Positions 8,651-19,700 of a DNA stretch of 64,000 nucleotides are shown piece by piece. The position numbers and the translations under genes were made by a program. The stretch lies in assembly GCA_040755855.1 (NCBI GenBank), contig JBFMAD010000001.1, positions 288,001 through 352,000 of the forward strand. The letters are read 5' to 3'. The DNA comes from Planctomycetota bacterium (GTDB lineage: Bacteria; Planctomycetota; Brocadiia; JAADGH01). Within the stretch, counting starts at the first letter, position 1, and every line of letters starts with the position of its first letter. Below the pieces are notes generated by a model that worked only from the letters and a program-made list of their open reading frames with translations, searched no databases and was not told where the DNA came from.

Positions 8651-11600
8651 CTACGGCGAATACTTGATCCACATGGGGGAGATCCACACCAGCTCGCCGT
8701 CCGCCTGCTCGCCGCGCACGTAGTAGTAGCGCGTCTCGCCGGCGACCGGATTGGCGTCCGACCAGGTGATCTCGACCTCCGCCTTTCCCGGCTCGGCGGT
8801 GTAGACGTATTCATTCTGCCGGATGACGTGGACCTTGGCGAAGGGCTGCGTGCCGTGGAGCTTGATCGTGAACTTGGGCGGCTCCTTGGCGTCGAACTCC
8901 TCGCCCATGAAATGCTCTTCGCCGCCGGCGACGCACCGAATGTCGGCCAGGATGTTCTCCGTCGAGCCATAGACGCGGCGCTTCTTCATGCCGTCGAGGA
9001 TACCATTGCGCGTCGGTTCCGTAACCCACACATTGCAGTAGCTCATGTGCGTCGAGCCGTGGTCGCTGGAGGACTGGAACGCCAGCCGGTATCCCCGGAG
9101 CAGCGCCAGCGACACGAATCCCTTCGGCCGCCATCCGCCGATGGAGTCGCCCTCGGAGTTGGAGCGCGGGGCGTTGGGCATCTCGTAGTTCTGCCGCGCT
9201 CCCTGGTAGATCTCCACGAAGGGTTCGACGACCGGGTCGTTGTTGCGCCAGTCGGTTCCCATGTCCGTCCCGCTCGTGTGCTCGGCGCAGACGCCGTCGT
9301 GCTGGCGAAGATACTGGTAGAGCATCTGCGTGTCGGGCGCGGGAGGCGGATTCTCGTCGTTCGGATCGCTGAGGGGCAGACGCGGCAGTGTGCGGATGCC
9401 GCGCTTTGCGAAGACGACGTTGCGATGTCCCTCGGGGTAGATGACGCTGCGTTCGTAGGTGAACATGGGGACGAAGGCCGAGCCGACCTTGAGGATGTCC
9501 GTCGTCTTCTGAGTCGTCCACCAGGAGTACTCGCGGCCGCCGCCGTTGTCGTGGTCGCCGTTGCCGAGCCAATCCATGTAGGCCGCGTCGAGGGCGTAGC
9601 GCCACATGTCAATCAATGCGCTGTCGCCCCCGCCGTCCGAGGAGATCTCGGTATGGCGGTGGAACTCCCCGCGCACGGGTTGAAGCGTCTCGCCGCGAAG
9701 GTTGGTGCGATACTCGCGCATCCGCTTCACGGCGGCCAGCTCGATGGCAACATCGGCAGTCGGCTCGGCCGCCTTCTCCGCCGGGATCTCTTCGAGTTGC
9801 GCCGTGGAGACGGGCGAGAGCGCCGACCCAGCGACAAGCGAGGCGTAGAGGTTGTTGTTGATGTTGTCCTTGCTCGGCTCCTTTTCCTCGACCGGCGTTT
9901 CGTCCTTGCGCGGGCGCCTCTTCGGGAACCCCGACCGCGCCCCGCCGAAGGGATACTTGTGCCGTTCATCCGCCGATCCAATGACCAGCAGGCTGCCGTT
10001 TGCTGCAGAGACCAGGGCGGGCCGGTTGTCGAGGATATTGTCCGAGTCGGGCAGGAGGGCAGGCTCCTGCCACGTCTTTCCGTCGTAGCGGGTCAGGAAG
10101 CTCCAGAAGACCGTGCCAACGCTATGCCGCATCCCCCCGCGCCGACCGCGAAAGGCAACCCATACCGCGCCCGTATCATCGGCGGCAAGGCGAACGAAGG
10201 TCGGGTTCAAGCCGCGGACCGTGTCCTCGATATGTCGGGTCTTCTTCGCTTCCGCCTTGTCCGCCTGATCGGGTTTCTTGGCTTTGTCCTCCGTCGGGGC
10301 CACGCCCGACAGCTCCGTCGCCGGACGTAGCCAGCGCTCGCCGTCCCAAATCTTCAGCTTTGCCTCGCGCGGGGCGTAGAGCCGGAGTCCGCCCCCCTCT
10401 CGCTCGCACGCGCCCTGGTCCTTGCCCCATCCCGGTCCCGCCTGCTCCCAAGCGACCCAGAGGCGGCCTTCCTTGTCATAGGCGACGGAGGCGCGGCTGT
10501 CGTGCTCCGTGCCGCCGGCCACGAGCATCGGCGATTGCGGCTGGCCCTCCCGGAACACGCGCATATAGACATCATAGTCGCCCTTGTCATACGTATCCCA
10601 GGCTACGGTCACATTGCCCTTCTTGTCAGCGGCGACGGCGGGGTCCCAGTCATTCGCATTGCTTGTCGAAACCCGTTGAGGCGCGCCGAATCCATTGCCC
10701 TGCTGGGCCGCAGCGAAGATGTCGAAGTTGGTCTCCCGCCCCCCCATCCAGGCGACCCATACGCGCCCCGTCGAGTCCGTCGCGGCAGCGGGACAGAAGT
10801 CCGGGCCGGGGGCGTTGGAGATGTTGATCGCCGGGCCGAATTGGCCGTTGCTGAACGACCGGGCCATCAACTCCCAGTTGCCGTCCGTCAGGTCCGACCT
10901 CGGGTTGACGTTCTTTGCGTAGAAGACCCAGACCCGCCCCGATCCATCTACGGCCACGGCGGGCCGGTGCAGGTCCTCTTTGCCATCGGTTACGGGAAGG
11001 GGATCCTCCCATTTCCCATTGCGGCAGGCCTTCAGCCACAGGCGGTCGCCGCCCGTCGGTTCGGCGAGGTAGGCAAAATCCTTAATCTCCGTCTCCACCT
11101 TTTCGCGCAGTCCCGCGAATTTCTCGCCCCGCGTGAAGGCGACATAGGCCATCCAAATCGCACCGTCCGGGGCCGATGCCGCGGCGGGGTAGTCCTCGTC
11201 TTCGACGCCCTCGGCGATGCGCACCGACGTCGCGCAACGCTCAACGGTGAGGCCTTTGGCCCCGCGGATCGTCTTGCCGAAGGGGAGGTCCTTGAGCGCG
11301 AAGGACGCCTCGCCCTGCTGAGTTGTGATCTTGATCTGCGTATCAGGCTTGGTCTCGGCCAGATGGATGAAGAGGCCGTTGTCCTCGATGGGCAGGATCT
11401 TTCCTTCCTTGACGGCCTGGCGCTGCCCATAGCTCTGCGGCTTCGCCCGCCGCGTGGCAATCTTCCACGTATTGCCCTCCGTGCGGTCCCCCGGGCCGAA
11501 CCGCCAGACGCGCATGTCGGCCACTCGCCCCGGCTGGACGTCAATCTGGCCGCTCCAGTCGGCGGCTTCCTTCGTCTTGAAGATCACCAGCAGCGTGGTC

Positions 11601-11680
11601 TGGTCCTCGGACACCCCGCCCTGCCCAAAAGCCACGCCGACGATGCACAGCAACAAGGCCAGACTTATCCCGTATTTCAT
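8651..11680 (-). CDS. Exported beta-propeller plus PHP-like (DUF3604/CehA-type) metallohydrolase
   Basis: Repeated PAVAxDxxGRVWVAW blades; GEFHRHTEISSDG, DHDNG, GHRNV, VEIYQG, SSDH metal ligands. Confidence 0.75.
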   Translation of the reverse strand: MKYGISLALLLCIVGVAFGQGGVSEDQTTLLVIFKTKEAADWSGQIDVQPGRVADMRVWRFGPGDRTEGNTWKIATRRAKPQSYGQRQAVKEGKILPIEDNGLFIHLAETKPDTQIKITTQQGEASFALKDLPFGKTIRGAKGLTVERCATSVRIAEGVEDEDYPAAASAPDGAIWMAYVAFTRGEKFAGLREKVETEIKDFAYLAEPTGGDRLWLKACRNGKWEDPLPVTDGKEDLHRPAVAVDGSGRVWVFYAKNVNPRSDLTDGNWELMARSFSNGQFGPAINISNAPGPDFCPAAATDSTGRVWVAWMGGRETNFDIFAAAQQGNGFGAPQRVSTSNANDWDPAVAADKKGNVTVAWDTYDKGDYDVYMRVFREGQPQSPMLVAGGTEHDSRASVAYDKEGRLWVAWEQAGPGWGKDQGACEREGGGLRLYAPREAKLKIWDGERWLRPATELSGVAPTEDKAKKPDQADKAEAKKTRHIEDTVRGLNPTFVRLAADDTGAVWVAFRGRRGGMRHSVGTVFWSFLTRYDGKTWQEPALLPDSDNILDNRPALVSAANGSLLVIGSADERHKYPFGGARSGFPKRRPRKDETPVEEKEPSKDNINNNLYASLVAGSALSPVSTAQLEEIPAEKAAEPTADVAIELAAVKRMREYRTNLRGETLQPVRGEFHRHTEISSDGGGDSALIDMWRYALDAAYMDWLGNGDHDNGGGREYSWWTTQKTTDILKVGSAFVPMFTYERSVIYPEGHRNVVFAKRGIRTLPRLPLSDPNDENPPPAPDTQMLYQYLRQHDGVCAEHTSGTDMGTDWRNNDPVVEPFVEIYQGARQNYEMPNAPRSNSEGDSIGGWRPKGFVSLALLRGYRLAFQSSSDHGSTHMSYCNVWVTEPTRNGILDGMKKRRVYGSTENILADIRCVAGGEEHFMGEEFDAKEPPKFTIKLHGTQPFAKVHVIRQNEYVYTAEPGKAEVEITWSDANPVAGETRYYYVRGEQADGELVWISPMWIKYSP

Positions 11681-11712
11681 GCGTCACTCCTCTCCATGAG
11701 GAATATATCCTC

Positions 11713-14109
11713 TTACTCCCGAACGATATATGTATAGGACCGGCTCAACCGCCCCCCGTAGATCAAATCCCCTCGTTTGCGAAGGGCATGGTACGGGGGC
11801 CGCCGCATCGCCTCGGGCACGGCGTTCACAACGCCAGCGCCTTTCTGCTCGTGGCAGCCGATGCAGCCCTTGCGCTCCTTCGGCCGCACATAATTGAAAT
11901 CCGTCTCGTGAACGACCACGTTGCGCTCCGCATCCAGAAGGGCGAAGCGGAACGGCGTGTCAGCCGGGACCTCGACGTAGAACGAGCCATCCGGCGAGAT
12001 CGGCGCGTCGCCGAGGATGCGCGTCTGGAACCCCAGGTTCCCGTTCAGCGACATGCCCACCTGCACCCCTTCGACCACCCGGACGTAAGCCACCCTTGAC
12101 CGGTCGAAAGGAAGGTCGGAGTTGAACACCGACTGGCAATACACGAAGCCCGTGTTCGAGTCGGGCGGCGTCGCAGCCGTGGGGATTGCCAGGGGGCGCG
12201 GGTGCGGCGCGATGGGGATCGCGTCCACGTCGCTCATCTCCGGGTCGTCATAGACCAACCGCATCTCGCGCGTCTTCAGATTGCAAAGATAGAGGCCATA
12301 GCCGTTCCACCGCGTGTCATACCACGGCGCGTAGGAGAGAATGATCCAATCTCCGCCGATGGGATATGGCGCGGTGAGGCGTCCGATGGGGTTCTGGTCG
12401 TCGAAGTTGTGGATATAGACCTCTTCGCCGCCTGCCAGGTTCATGATCTCGGGATAGAGCGGCATCTCGCAGTCCATGGGGTCCTTCTTCGGGTCCACCA
12501 CCGCCACACCGGAGGGCGTGACGCAGACCAGCCGGCCGTCGGACATCACCCGCGGGAAACTGATCGAGACGCCCATCATCTGGTCCGTCCGCGGCCAGGC
12601 GGTGGTCTGAAACTGGTTCGCATAGGGCATGGGGCGGAGGGTGCTATAGAAGCCGCCCCTCATGCTGCCGTAGAACATCTGGTCCTGCGTGCCGTCGGGG
12701 AGGATGGTGCGAAGGACGGTCTCGATCCGATTGATGCCTTTTGCCGGGTCCACGCCCGGCAGGGCCGTCGGGCCGCCGTCCCAGCCGTAAAAGCGGTAGC
12801 TGCCGTAGAGGATTCGCCCGTCGGGCAGGACGATCGGCTCGAACTCCGAGTTGGGGTTGAACGTGATCTGCTGGATGTTCGATCCGTCGGCGTTCATCGT
12901 GTAGAGGGCGCGGGAACGCTCGTGGTGATAGAACTCGTGGTATCCGGTGCGGTCAGAGCAGAAGACGATCCGGCCATCGGGCAGGTACTGGGGATCAATG
13001 TCGTTGCAATTGCCGGAGGTGAGCTGCCGGAGTCCCGTCCCGTCCACGTTGATCTCATAGATGTGGAACCCCTCCGTCCTGAAATGCTTCCGCATGGCAA
13101 AGAGGATTTTCTTGCTGTCGTAGGAGACCTCGGCCCCCTGGACGCCGCCGTCGGTCAGGTTGGTCAGGTTCTTCAGCTCGCCGTCGGGCTGGGGCGGGGT
13201 GAGAGTATAGAGGTCCTGCCCCCAGGCGTACCAGGGGACCTTCGGATAGGGATACGAGTCGCGGTAGCCGAGGTTCGACTCCGTCCGCTCCTTCGTCTTG
13301 ATAAACACGATCGCCGGCGGCAGGTCGGGCGGCTGCGACGCCTCGGGGCGATAGGTCCCCTCGATCCGCGCTGCGGCCTCCTCCGCCGCCGTGCGGACGA
13401 TGAGGACGGGGTCGCGCTCGGCCATTTCCTTCAGCCTGTCGCGGGCGGGGGCGCAGCGCATCTCGCCGAGGGCCTGGGCCGCGCCGTAGCGAATCAGGTA
13501 ATGGTCGCGCCCCAGCTCGCGGAGTAGAATCCGGTCGGCCTCTTCGCCGCCGATGCGCCCCAGGGCCTCCGTGGCTGCATAGGCCACTCGGATGTTCGGC
13601 ATGTCGGCGGGCGCCTGGACGCCTACGCGCTGGGACGGCTGGCCGGGCCTCGGTTCATACCGGAAGTAGTACATCCGCCCCCGGTTGTTCCGGCCGCCGC
13701 TGCTGATCTCCCAGAACTCCCGGTCCTTCGCCGGGAACTGCTCGGCCAGGGCGGCGATGCTCGCGGGATCGCCGATCCGGCCGAGGGCCTTCGCGGCCCA
13801 ATAGCCCGCCACCTGGTCGGGCGATTTCAGCAGCGCCTCCAGCTCCTCACGCGCCGCGGGGTTCGGGTAGCGGCAGATCGCCCAGGCCAGGAGCGCCGGC
13901 GCCGGCTCGGGGAGCGTCAGGCCCAGCCGAAGCCCGGAGGGATCGGCCTGTCCTTGTTTCGCCAGCTCCAGCGCGGTCTGCGCGGTGGGCGCTTTCCTGA
14001 ATTGGTCAAAGATCGCATTCGGCGTCGCGGCCATCACGTCGGACAAGGCAAGTCCGATGGCCGACAACATGAAGAGGATCGCGAGGATCGGCGATTTGGA
14101 TTGTCGCAT
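11713..14109 (-). CDS. Exported HEAT-repeat plus TolB-like propeller/HzsA-middle-domain protein with one CxxCH
   Basis: N-terminal AAKALGRIG repeats; DPQYLPDGRIVFCSDR; DGSFYVEVPADTPFRFALLD...CIGCHE. Confidence 0.78.
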   Translation of the reverse strand: MRQSKSPILAILFMLSAIGLALSDVMAATPNAIFDQFRKAPTAQTALELAKQGQADPSGLRLGLTLPEPAPALLAWAICRYPNPAAREELEALLKSPDQVAGYWAAKALGRIGDPASIAALAEQFPAKDREFWEISSGGRNNRGRMYYFRYEPRPGQPSQRVGVQAPADMPNIRVAYAATEALGRIGGEEADRILLRELGRDHYLIRYGAAQALGEMRCAPARDRLKEMAERDPVLIVRTAAEEAAARIEGTYRPEASQPPDLPPAIVFIKTKERTESNLGYRDSYPYPKVPWYAWGQDLYTLTPPQPDGELKNLTNLTDGGVQGAEVSYDSKKILFAMRKHFRTEGFHIYEINVDGTGLRQLTSGNCNDIDPQYLPDGRIVFCSDRTGYHEFYHHERSRALYTMNADGSNIQQITFNPNSEFEPIVLPDGRILYGSYRFYGWDGGPTALPGVDPAKGINRIETVLRTILPDGTQDQMFYGSMRGGFYSTLRPMPYANQFQTTAWPRTDQMMGVSISFPRVMSDGRLVCVTPSGVAVVDPKKDPMDCEMPLYPEIMNLAGGEEVYIHNFDDQNPIGRLTAPYPIGGDWIILSYAPWYDTRWNGYGLYLCNLKTREMRLVYDDPEMSDVDAIPIAPHPRPLAIPTAATPPDSNTGFVYCQSVFNSDLPFDRSRVAYVRVVEGVQVGMSLNGNLGFQTRILGDAPISPDGSFYVEVPADTPFRFALLDAERNVVVHETDFNYVRPKERKGCIGCHEQKGAGVVNAVPEAMRRPPYHALRKRGDLIYGGRLSRSYTYIVRE

Positions 14110-14121
14110 GGTTCTTCATCC

Positions 14122-15756
14122 TTACTGGACGCTTGTGACGTCGGTTTCTTTTCCATTCGCGCTGTTCGCGATCCGGATATCCTCGGCCGTCCGCCTGGCG
14201 ATATCTCGATTCAGCCAGATGATGTCTTCCTGCGCGACCTTCTCCAACGCGGGCAGAGATTGCGTCGAGGCGGTGTGGCCAAGTCCGACCACGCTGCCGT
14301 ATCGCACATCGCGCGGGGCGTTGGGATCGGTGGCGAGGGCCTCCAGCGCCTTGCGAGCGTCCTCGGTCCCGATGTGGCCGAGGGCGTCGCACAGGTAGCC
14401 GAGCCATCGAACGGTCTGGGCCTGACGCTGCTTTTTTCCATCCACTTCACGAAACTCGCCCGTGTGTTTGGCCGAAACCGGCGATGTGCAGTCGGGGAAG
14501 GCGTAGCCCTCTTTGACGACAGCCAGAATCGGGCCGACGGCCTCGGGGACCTTCAGCTTGCCGAGGGTCATCCCCGAGTAGATTCGCACGAGGAGGATGT
14601 TGCTTCGGAGCAAAGGGATGAGACGCGGGACGAGGGCCTTGTCGTCGGCCAGGTCGTAGAATGCGCCGAGCATGGGGTCGCAGCCGCCGAAGCCTTCGCG
14701 GATGAATTCGGGTTTCAGTATTTCCCGCAGGTCGTCGAACAGGGGCTTGAGTTCCTTGGGGATGGCGGCGTCATTCGGTTTGCCCTCCATGTCGGCGAGG
14801 ACGAGACCGACCACCATCGGCGCCTGGCCGCTGCGCCGGATCAGGTTGGCGGATACTCGCCGCAGGGGCGACGGCGGGTAGCGCATCTCCTCGCCCATGC
14901 CCTGGCGGATGACCGTGTGAAAGTTCCTGCACAATGGGGCGAGGAACTCCCCGCACTTGGTGGTCTTCACGCGATCCAGGTTCAGCATGAAATCGAGACT
15001 GCGATTGCGCCGAAATCCCTTGAGCAGCGCCTCCTCCGCCTCCTTCCCGCCGCGCCGACCGACCGCCCAGGCGGCTGCGGGGTTGCCTACGCTCGCCTGT
15101 TGGAGGAAGTAAGGCAGCGACTTCTCCCCGCCGACCCGGTCGAGCGCCTCGACGAGGGCCTTTCGCTCCTCGCCCTTGAGCGATTTTGATTCGGCGAGGA
15201 GTTTGAGGAGCGCATCCTCGCACGGCGGCGTCGCCATGCACCGCATCGCCCGCGCGGCGGCAGCGTGCTTCTCCGCGTCCGCCCCTGATAGATCGTCGAA
15301 TAGGCGCTTCTGTTTTTCCTCGATGGCCGACGCCTTCCACCACGCCTCCCACTCCGCTTTCTTTGGTCCAAGAGACGACTGGCCGGTCATAAGGCGCAGG
15401 GCGCGCAGCGCGTGCTCCTGCACCTGCCAGTCCGGATCATCCAGCCGCTCGATCAGGAGGGGGACGGACTTCTCCGTCCCGCACTCGGCCAGGGCCTGCA
15501 CCGTCTCGCGGCGGATCATCGGGTCCTTGTCCTTCAGCAGGTCCATGAGCTGCGACTCGAACTCAAAAGCCCGCAGGAACCGCGCCCCCTGGACGCCGTC
15601 CACGCGGACCTGCGGCGCGAGGCTTTTCAGGAAGGCGTGGAACCTGGCGATGTCCTCGCCGAGCACATCGGGGAACTGAGTGGAGCCATCGGCAAGAGAG
15701 AGGCCGGCGAGCCATACGCAGAGGAGGAGGCACATCGGTATGCGGAATCTCGGCAT
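14122..15756 (-). CDS. Exported HEAT/PBS-lyase repeat protein
   Basis: Signal peptide; LKDKDPMIRRETVQAL, LDDPDWQVQEHALRAL and further HEAT repeats. Confidence 0.8.
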   Translation of the reverse strand: MPRFRIPMCLLLCVWLAGLSLADGSTQFPDVLGEDIARFHAFLKSLAPQVRVDGVQGARFLRAFEFESQLMDLLKDKDPMIRRETVQALAECGTEKSVPLLIERLDDPDWQVQEHALRALRLMTGQSSLGPKKAEWEAWWKASAIEEKQKRLFDDLSGADAEKHAAAARAMRCMATPPCEDALLKLLAESKSLKGEERKALVEALDRVGGEKSLPYFLQQASVGNPAAAWAVGRRGGKEAEEALLKGFRRNRSLDFMLNLDRVKTTKCGEFLAPLCRNFHTVIRQGMGEEMRYPPSPLRRVSANLIRRSGQAPMVVGLVLADMEGKPNDAAIPKELKPLFDDLREILKPEFIREGFGGCDPMLGAFYDLADDKALVPRLIPLLRSNILLVRIYSGMTLGKLKVPEAVGPILAVVKEGYAFPDCTSPVSAKHTGEFREVDGKKQRQAQTVRWLGYLCDALGHIGTEDARKALEALATDPNAPRDVRYGSVVGLGHTASTQSLPALEKVAQEDIIWLNRDIARRTAEDIRIANSANGKETDVTSVQ

Positions 15757-15861
15757 GGGCTACTCCATCCATCGGAACCCACAAGACTCAACTGCAACCG
15801 AGCATACCACCAGAACGCGAAAAGATCAACAGACAATCTTTTCGGCTTCGAAGATGATTTG

Positions 15862-16671
15862 TCAGGGATTTTTCGCGTCGTCTTTCTCCGCCGCCAGGCG
15901 GGCGGAGTATTCCTTCCAGGTCTTCATGGACTGCGTCAGATGGGCGACCGGCTCCTCCTTCAGCCCATAGCATTGCAGACCGATGGGACCGTTAAAGCCA
16001 ACCGATTTGACTTTTTTCAAGAAGGCGTAAACATCGAAGTCCCCGTTGCCGAGGGGACGGATGAGGCGGTCCCATCCGGCGCTCTTCGCGTCTTTCACGC
16101 GGTCGGCCCCGTTCACGGTGACGACGAAGAGATGGTCCTTCATCTCGTCCACGATCTTCGGGAGTTCGTCGCCGTTGCCTGCCTTCAGCTCGTGGCAGAG
16201 GTTGATCGTCAGGCCGACGTTCTTGCGGTCCACTTCCTTCACGAAGCGGAGCGCATCCCGCGCCGTGGCCACATAAAACCCGAAGTGAGGATACAGGGCC
16301 ACCTTGACCCCCGCCTCCTCGGCCACGGATGCCAGATCGCGGATGAGCGCCGCGACCTTCGCATCGTCCTTCACCTTCCTGCCTCGGACGGTCAGCCAGA
16401 AGACGGTGTTCGTGCCTTTCATATCCCGGATGCGTTCCTGTAGGTTCGCGGGATACGGCGGCTCCTCATCCAGATTGATCCCGACATAGATGTTGCCGAT
16501 GGGAGCATAGCCGATCTCCTGCAGCTTCTCCTGCGGGACCTTTACGCTGTAGGCAAAGAACGGGTTCATCAATCCCTCCTCGGCGTGACCAGACGGCGTG
16601 AGCCGTACGAACCTGCCCGCGACAGCAAACAAGATGGCGGTGATTCCAATGCGGCAGCACCTATGATTCAT
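15862..16671 (-). CDS. Sugar-phosphate isomerase/epimerase (AP endonuclease 2 TIM barrel), possible signal peptide
   Basis: VALYPH, TINLCHELK, PLGNGDFD, GPIGLQCY; AAGGAGG RBS. Confidence 0.82.
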   Translation of the reverse strand: MNHRCCRIGITAILFAVAGRFVRLTPSGHAEEGLMNPFFAYSVKVPQEKLQEIGYAPIGNIYVGINLDEEPPYPANLQERIRDMKGTNTVFWLTVRGRKVKDDAKVAALIRDLASVAEEAGVKVALYPHFGFYVATARDALRFVKEVDRKNVGLTINLCHELKAGNGDELPKIVDEMKDHLFVVTVNGADRVKDAKSAGWDRLIRPLGNGDFDVYAFLKKVKSVGFNGPIGLQCYGLKEEPVAHLTQSMKTWKEYSARLAAEKDDAKNP

Positions 16672-16723
16672 CGTTTCGTCCTCCTTGGGAGGCTCCGGCT
16701 TAGCCTTGCCCGATAGACGCTAT

Positions 16724-16760
16724 AAAAGCACCCCCAATCTCCGTACCGGATTGGGGGCGC
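16724..16760 (-). terminator. Intrinsic terminator after the giant-protein pair
   Basis: Minus strand GCGCCCCCAATC...GATTGGGGGTGC followed by TTTT. Confidence 0.75.
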
Positions 16761-16782
16761 TGTTCATACTCTCCGTTGTGGA

Positions 16783-19700
16783 CTACTGCTTGTCCTTCTC
16801 CTCGTCCTCGTCTTCCTCGTCGAGCGCCTTTTCCTTGTCCGTGGATTCCGGTTCGTCCCGCGGCCCTTCCTTCTGCCTTGGCATGACGGCGCTGCGCGGA
16901 TCTTCCTTATCCGGTTTCTCGGGAAGCGTCGGGGGCTGCGGCTCGGACTCCTTTTGTCCGCGCGGCATCAGGTCCTGGCGGCTCACGTTGGTCGGGCGAT
17001 CCGAGTTCGACGGCGACGGCCCGCCGGACGAGAACCGCGCCGGGCCTGACGGCGAACGAGGCGGACGAGTGGCCTGCCACTTCTGAAGCGCGTTGCCGAG
17101 GATCAGCAGCAACGCCCCCGCGTCGAAGATCAGGATGCTGCCCATGACGACGTTAAGCAGCCCCTCAAAGGCCCCTGCGGCCAGCGTGCGCAGCATGAGC
17201 ACCACCACCGCCGCGGCAAGGAGGATGCCGAATCGTCCCAACTGCGGGAAGGACATCGCCCGCCAGGCGAAGAAGCAGCCCACGAGCACCAGGACGCCCA
17301 CGACCCCGTAGAAGGGGAGCGTGACATTGCCCTTGATATACCTCGCATAAATGCGCCCCGGCTCCTCGGGCGAGACGATGAGGCTCTGGAAGTAATACTT
17401 GTTCGGCAGGTCGGGCCGCTGGCCGGTGTAGATGGACCGCCGGCTTGCGCCCTGCTTGCCGCCCTGTCCGGCGGCGCGCTGTTCGAGCTGGGTTTCCACA
17501 TTCACATTGCTGATGGCCTGGAGGTTCTTGGCCAGCTCGCCGCCCGCTTGAGCAGGCGCATTCACCGAGACGCGCTTCATCTGGCTGACCGTGACGTCGG
17601 CGTCCAGCGACCGGAGCTGTGACTCGAATTCATAGGTCCCCTCTACCTGGTCCATGTTGCCCGAGTCGCTGATGATGCTGTAGCCGCTTGGCAGGGCGAC
17701 TTCCCACCCGAGGCGCATGATGCCGATGTTGATCCGCGGGCATGTGAGGTCAATCGTCCCGAACAGCCCCAGCTCTCCGCGCTTGGAACGGTATCGCAGC
17801 CGGACCTCGAAGGCATCGTCGCTCTTGCCCGCGCGGGCGATGGGGATCATGGTCACGATGATCGTGTCCTCGTCCCGATACTTCGGGAGGGACGCAGGCG
17901 GCTCGGCGGGAGCGGCGGCGGTGCGCGCCTCCTTCTCCGCCGCGGCGGCTGCCGGCTTCTCCTCGGCGATGGGCTTCGCCCCCGGCTTCGGCCTGCGCTC
18001 CTGCAGCGGGGTAACAGGCTCGGCCCCGACGAAGGCGTGGTCAATCCGCGCATCCTCCGGCAGTTGCAGTTCAAGGTACTGCTCCCGGCTGTTGCGCACG
18101 TCGCACACAAAGTCGGTGATGGTTTCGCCGATCTTGGTGACCGTCGTCTCCAGTTTGCACGTCTCGATAATCGCCACAGTCACCTCCGCCGGGTCGTGCA
18201 CGCTGGCCGCGAGCGCGGCCGTGTAGGGGTGCTCCAGATAGCGGTAGGCCGCGAGGATGGGGATCGTGATCCCGACCTTATACTCCTCCGGGATCTCCCG
18301 CTCGTCAATGGGCGTCAGCTTCTTCGTCGCGTCCATGTCCGGCTCGATCTCCACATCGGATCGCGCCGCGATGGCGATGTAGCCCGTGTCGCGCTCCACG
18401 TCGAGCGCCTGCACACCGGCGTACTCAAACTTGGTCTGCTCCTTCGGTATCTTGATCTGGAATGTGAAGAACAACCGATACTCACCCGTCTTTTTCGCCT
18501 GCAGCGTGACGGTCCAGACCTTCTTCTCCTTATCCTCATCCTTGTGGCGGATGGCCTCGCCGTTGATGTCCACATTCTCCGCACCCTCGGGCATCTTCAC
18601 CTTGAACGTCTCGACGCCGGCGTGGAGGATGCTGTACTTCACCGTCGCGCTCACCTGCACCAACTTCTCGCCGATGCTCACGAAGTTGAACGCCTCCGCG
18701 ATCACGCGCGAGGGGACCTGCTCCACCGACAGGCCCAGGGTCCACGGCGGGGCGAAGTACTTGTAGGCCAGCGCCACCGTCCCGCCGCCGATCTGCACGT
18801 CCCACGGCAGCTCGGTGATGTCAATGTCGTCCAGCCCCTTCATCTTCCCCTCGGCCGGCTTGAGGCGGATGCTGGTCTTCGTCTTGACGGCCAGGAAGCC
18901 GCGCTCCTTCTTCACGTCGAGGGCGCTGAGGACGGGGATGTCGAGGCCCTTTGTGATGTCTTCGAGCGTCTTCTGCGCCTCGATCTTGAGCTGGTATTCG
19001 CCCTCCACCTTGTTCTTCAGGCTGATGGTGAGCGTCTCGCTCGCCTCGTCCCAGCTCTGCTCGTCAATGTCGTCGCCGACCACGTCCTGCCGCCGCAGGT
19101 CCTTCGGAATCTTCACCTTGAGCTGGAAGACCCCCGCCTTGCGAATCTTGTAGAGGATCTCGGTGGTCAGGTTCATCTCCTTCTCGTCAATGGTGACGAG
19201 GTTGCGAATCTCCGCCTCGACCTCCGGCTGAATCTCGCTGATGTTCACCGTGATCTGGTAGCCCGGCTTGATGTACCGGAACGCCAGGTCCGCCGAGCCG
19301 TGGCAGGCCTGCAGCACCTCGGGAGGCAGCTCCTTCACGTCAATCTGGCTCGCGCCCTTGACGTCCACCGTCTCGACGCGAATCCCCGGCACGGCGCTCA
19401 TGGTCAGGAACCCGCGCTCGCGCTCGACCTCCACCAACTGAATGGACGGGATGACCACGCGCTGGGTCTGTTTCAGCTCCATCTCCGTCTCCAGCCCCAG
19501 GGAGTACGATCCCTCGGCCTTGGACCGGAGGTCAATCTTCAGAATCTTCGTCGCCGGATCGAGTTCCCAGTTGTTGATGTTCTCGCCCTTTACATCAATC
19601 AACTTCAGGCCCTCGGCCAGTTGCACCTTCAGGTGAAATACACCCGCGTCGCGAATCTGGTATTGGATCGTCGAGCTCAGCCGCAGCGAATCGAGGCTGG

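Noticed and set aside
11713..14109. Hydrazine synthase / anammox
   Set aside because: Only the HzsA-like propeller and middle domain; no hzsB/C or other anammox genes.
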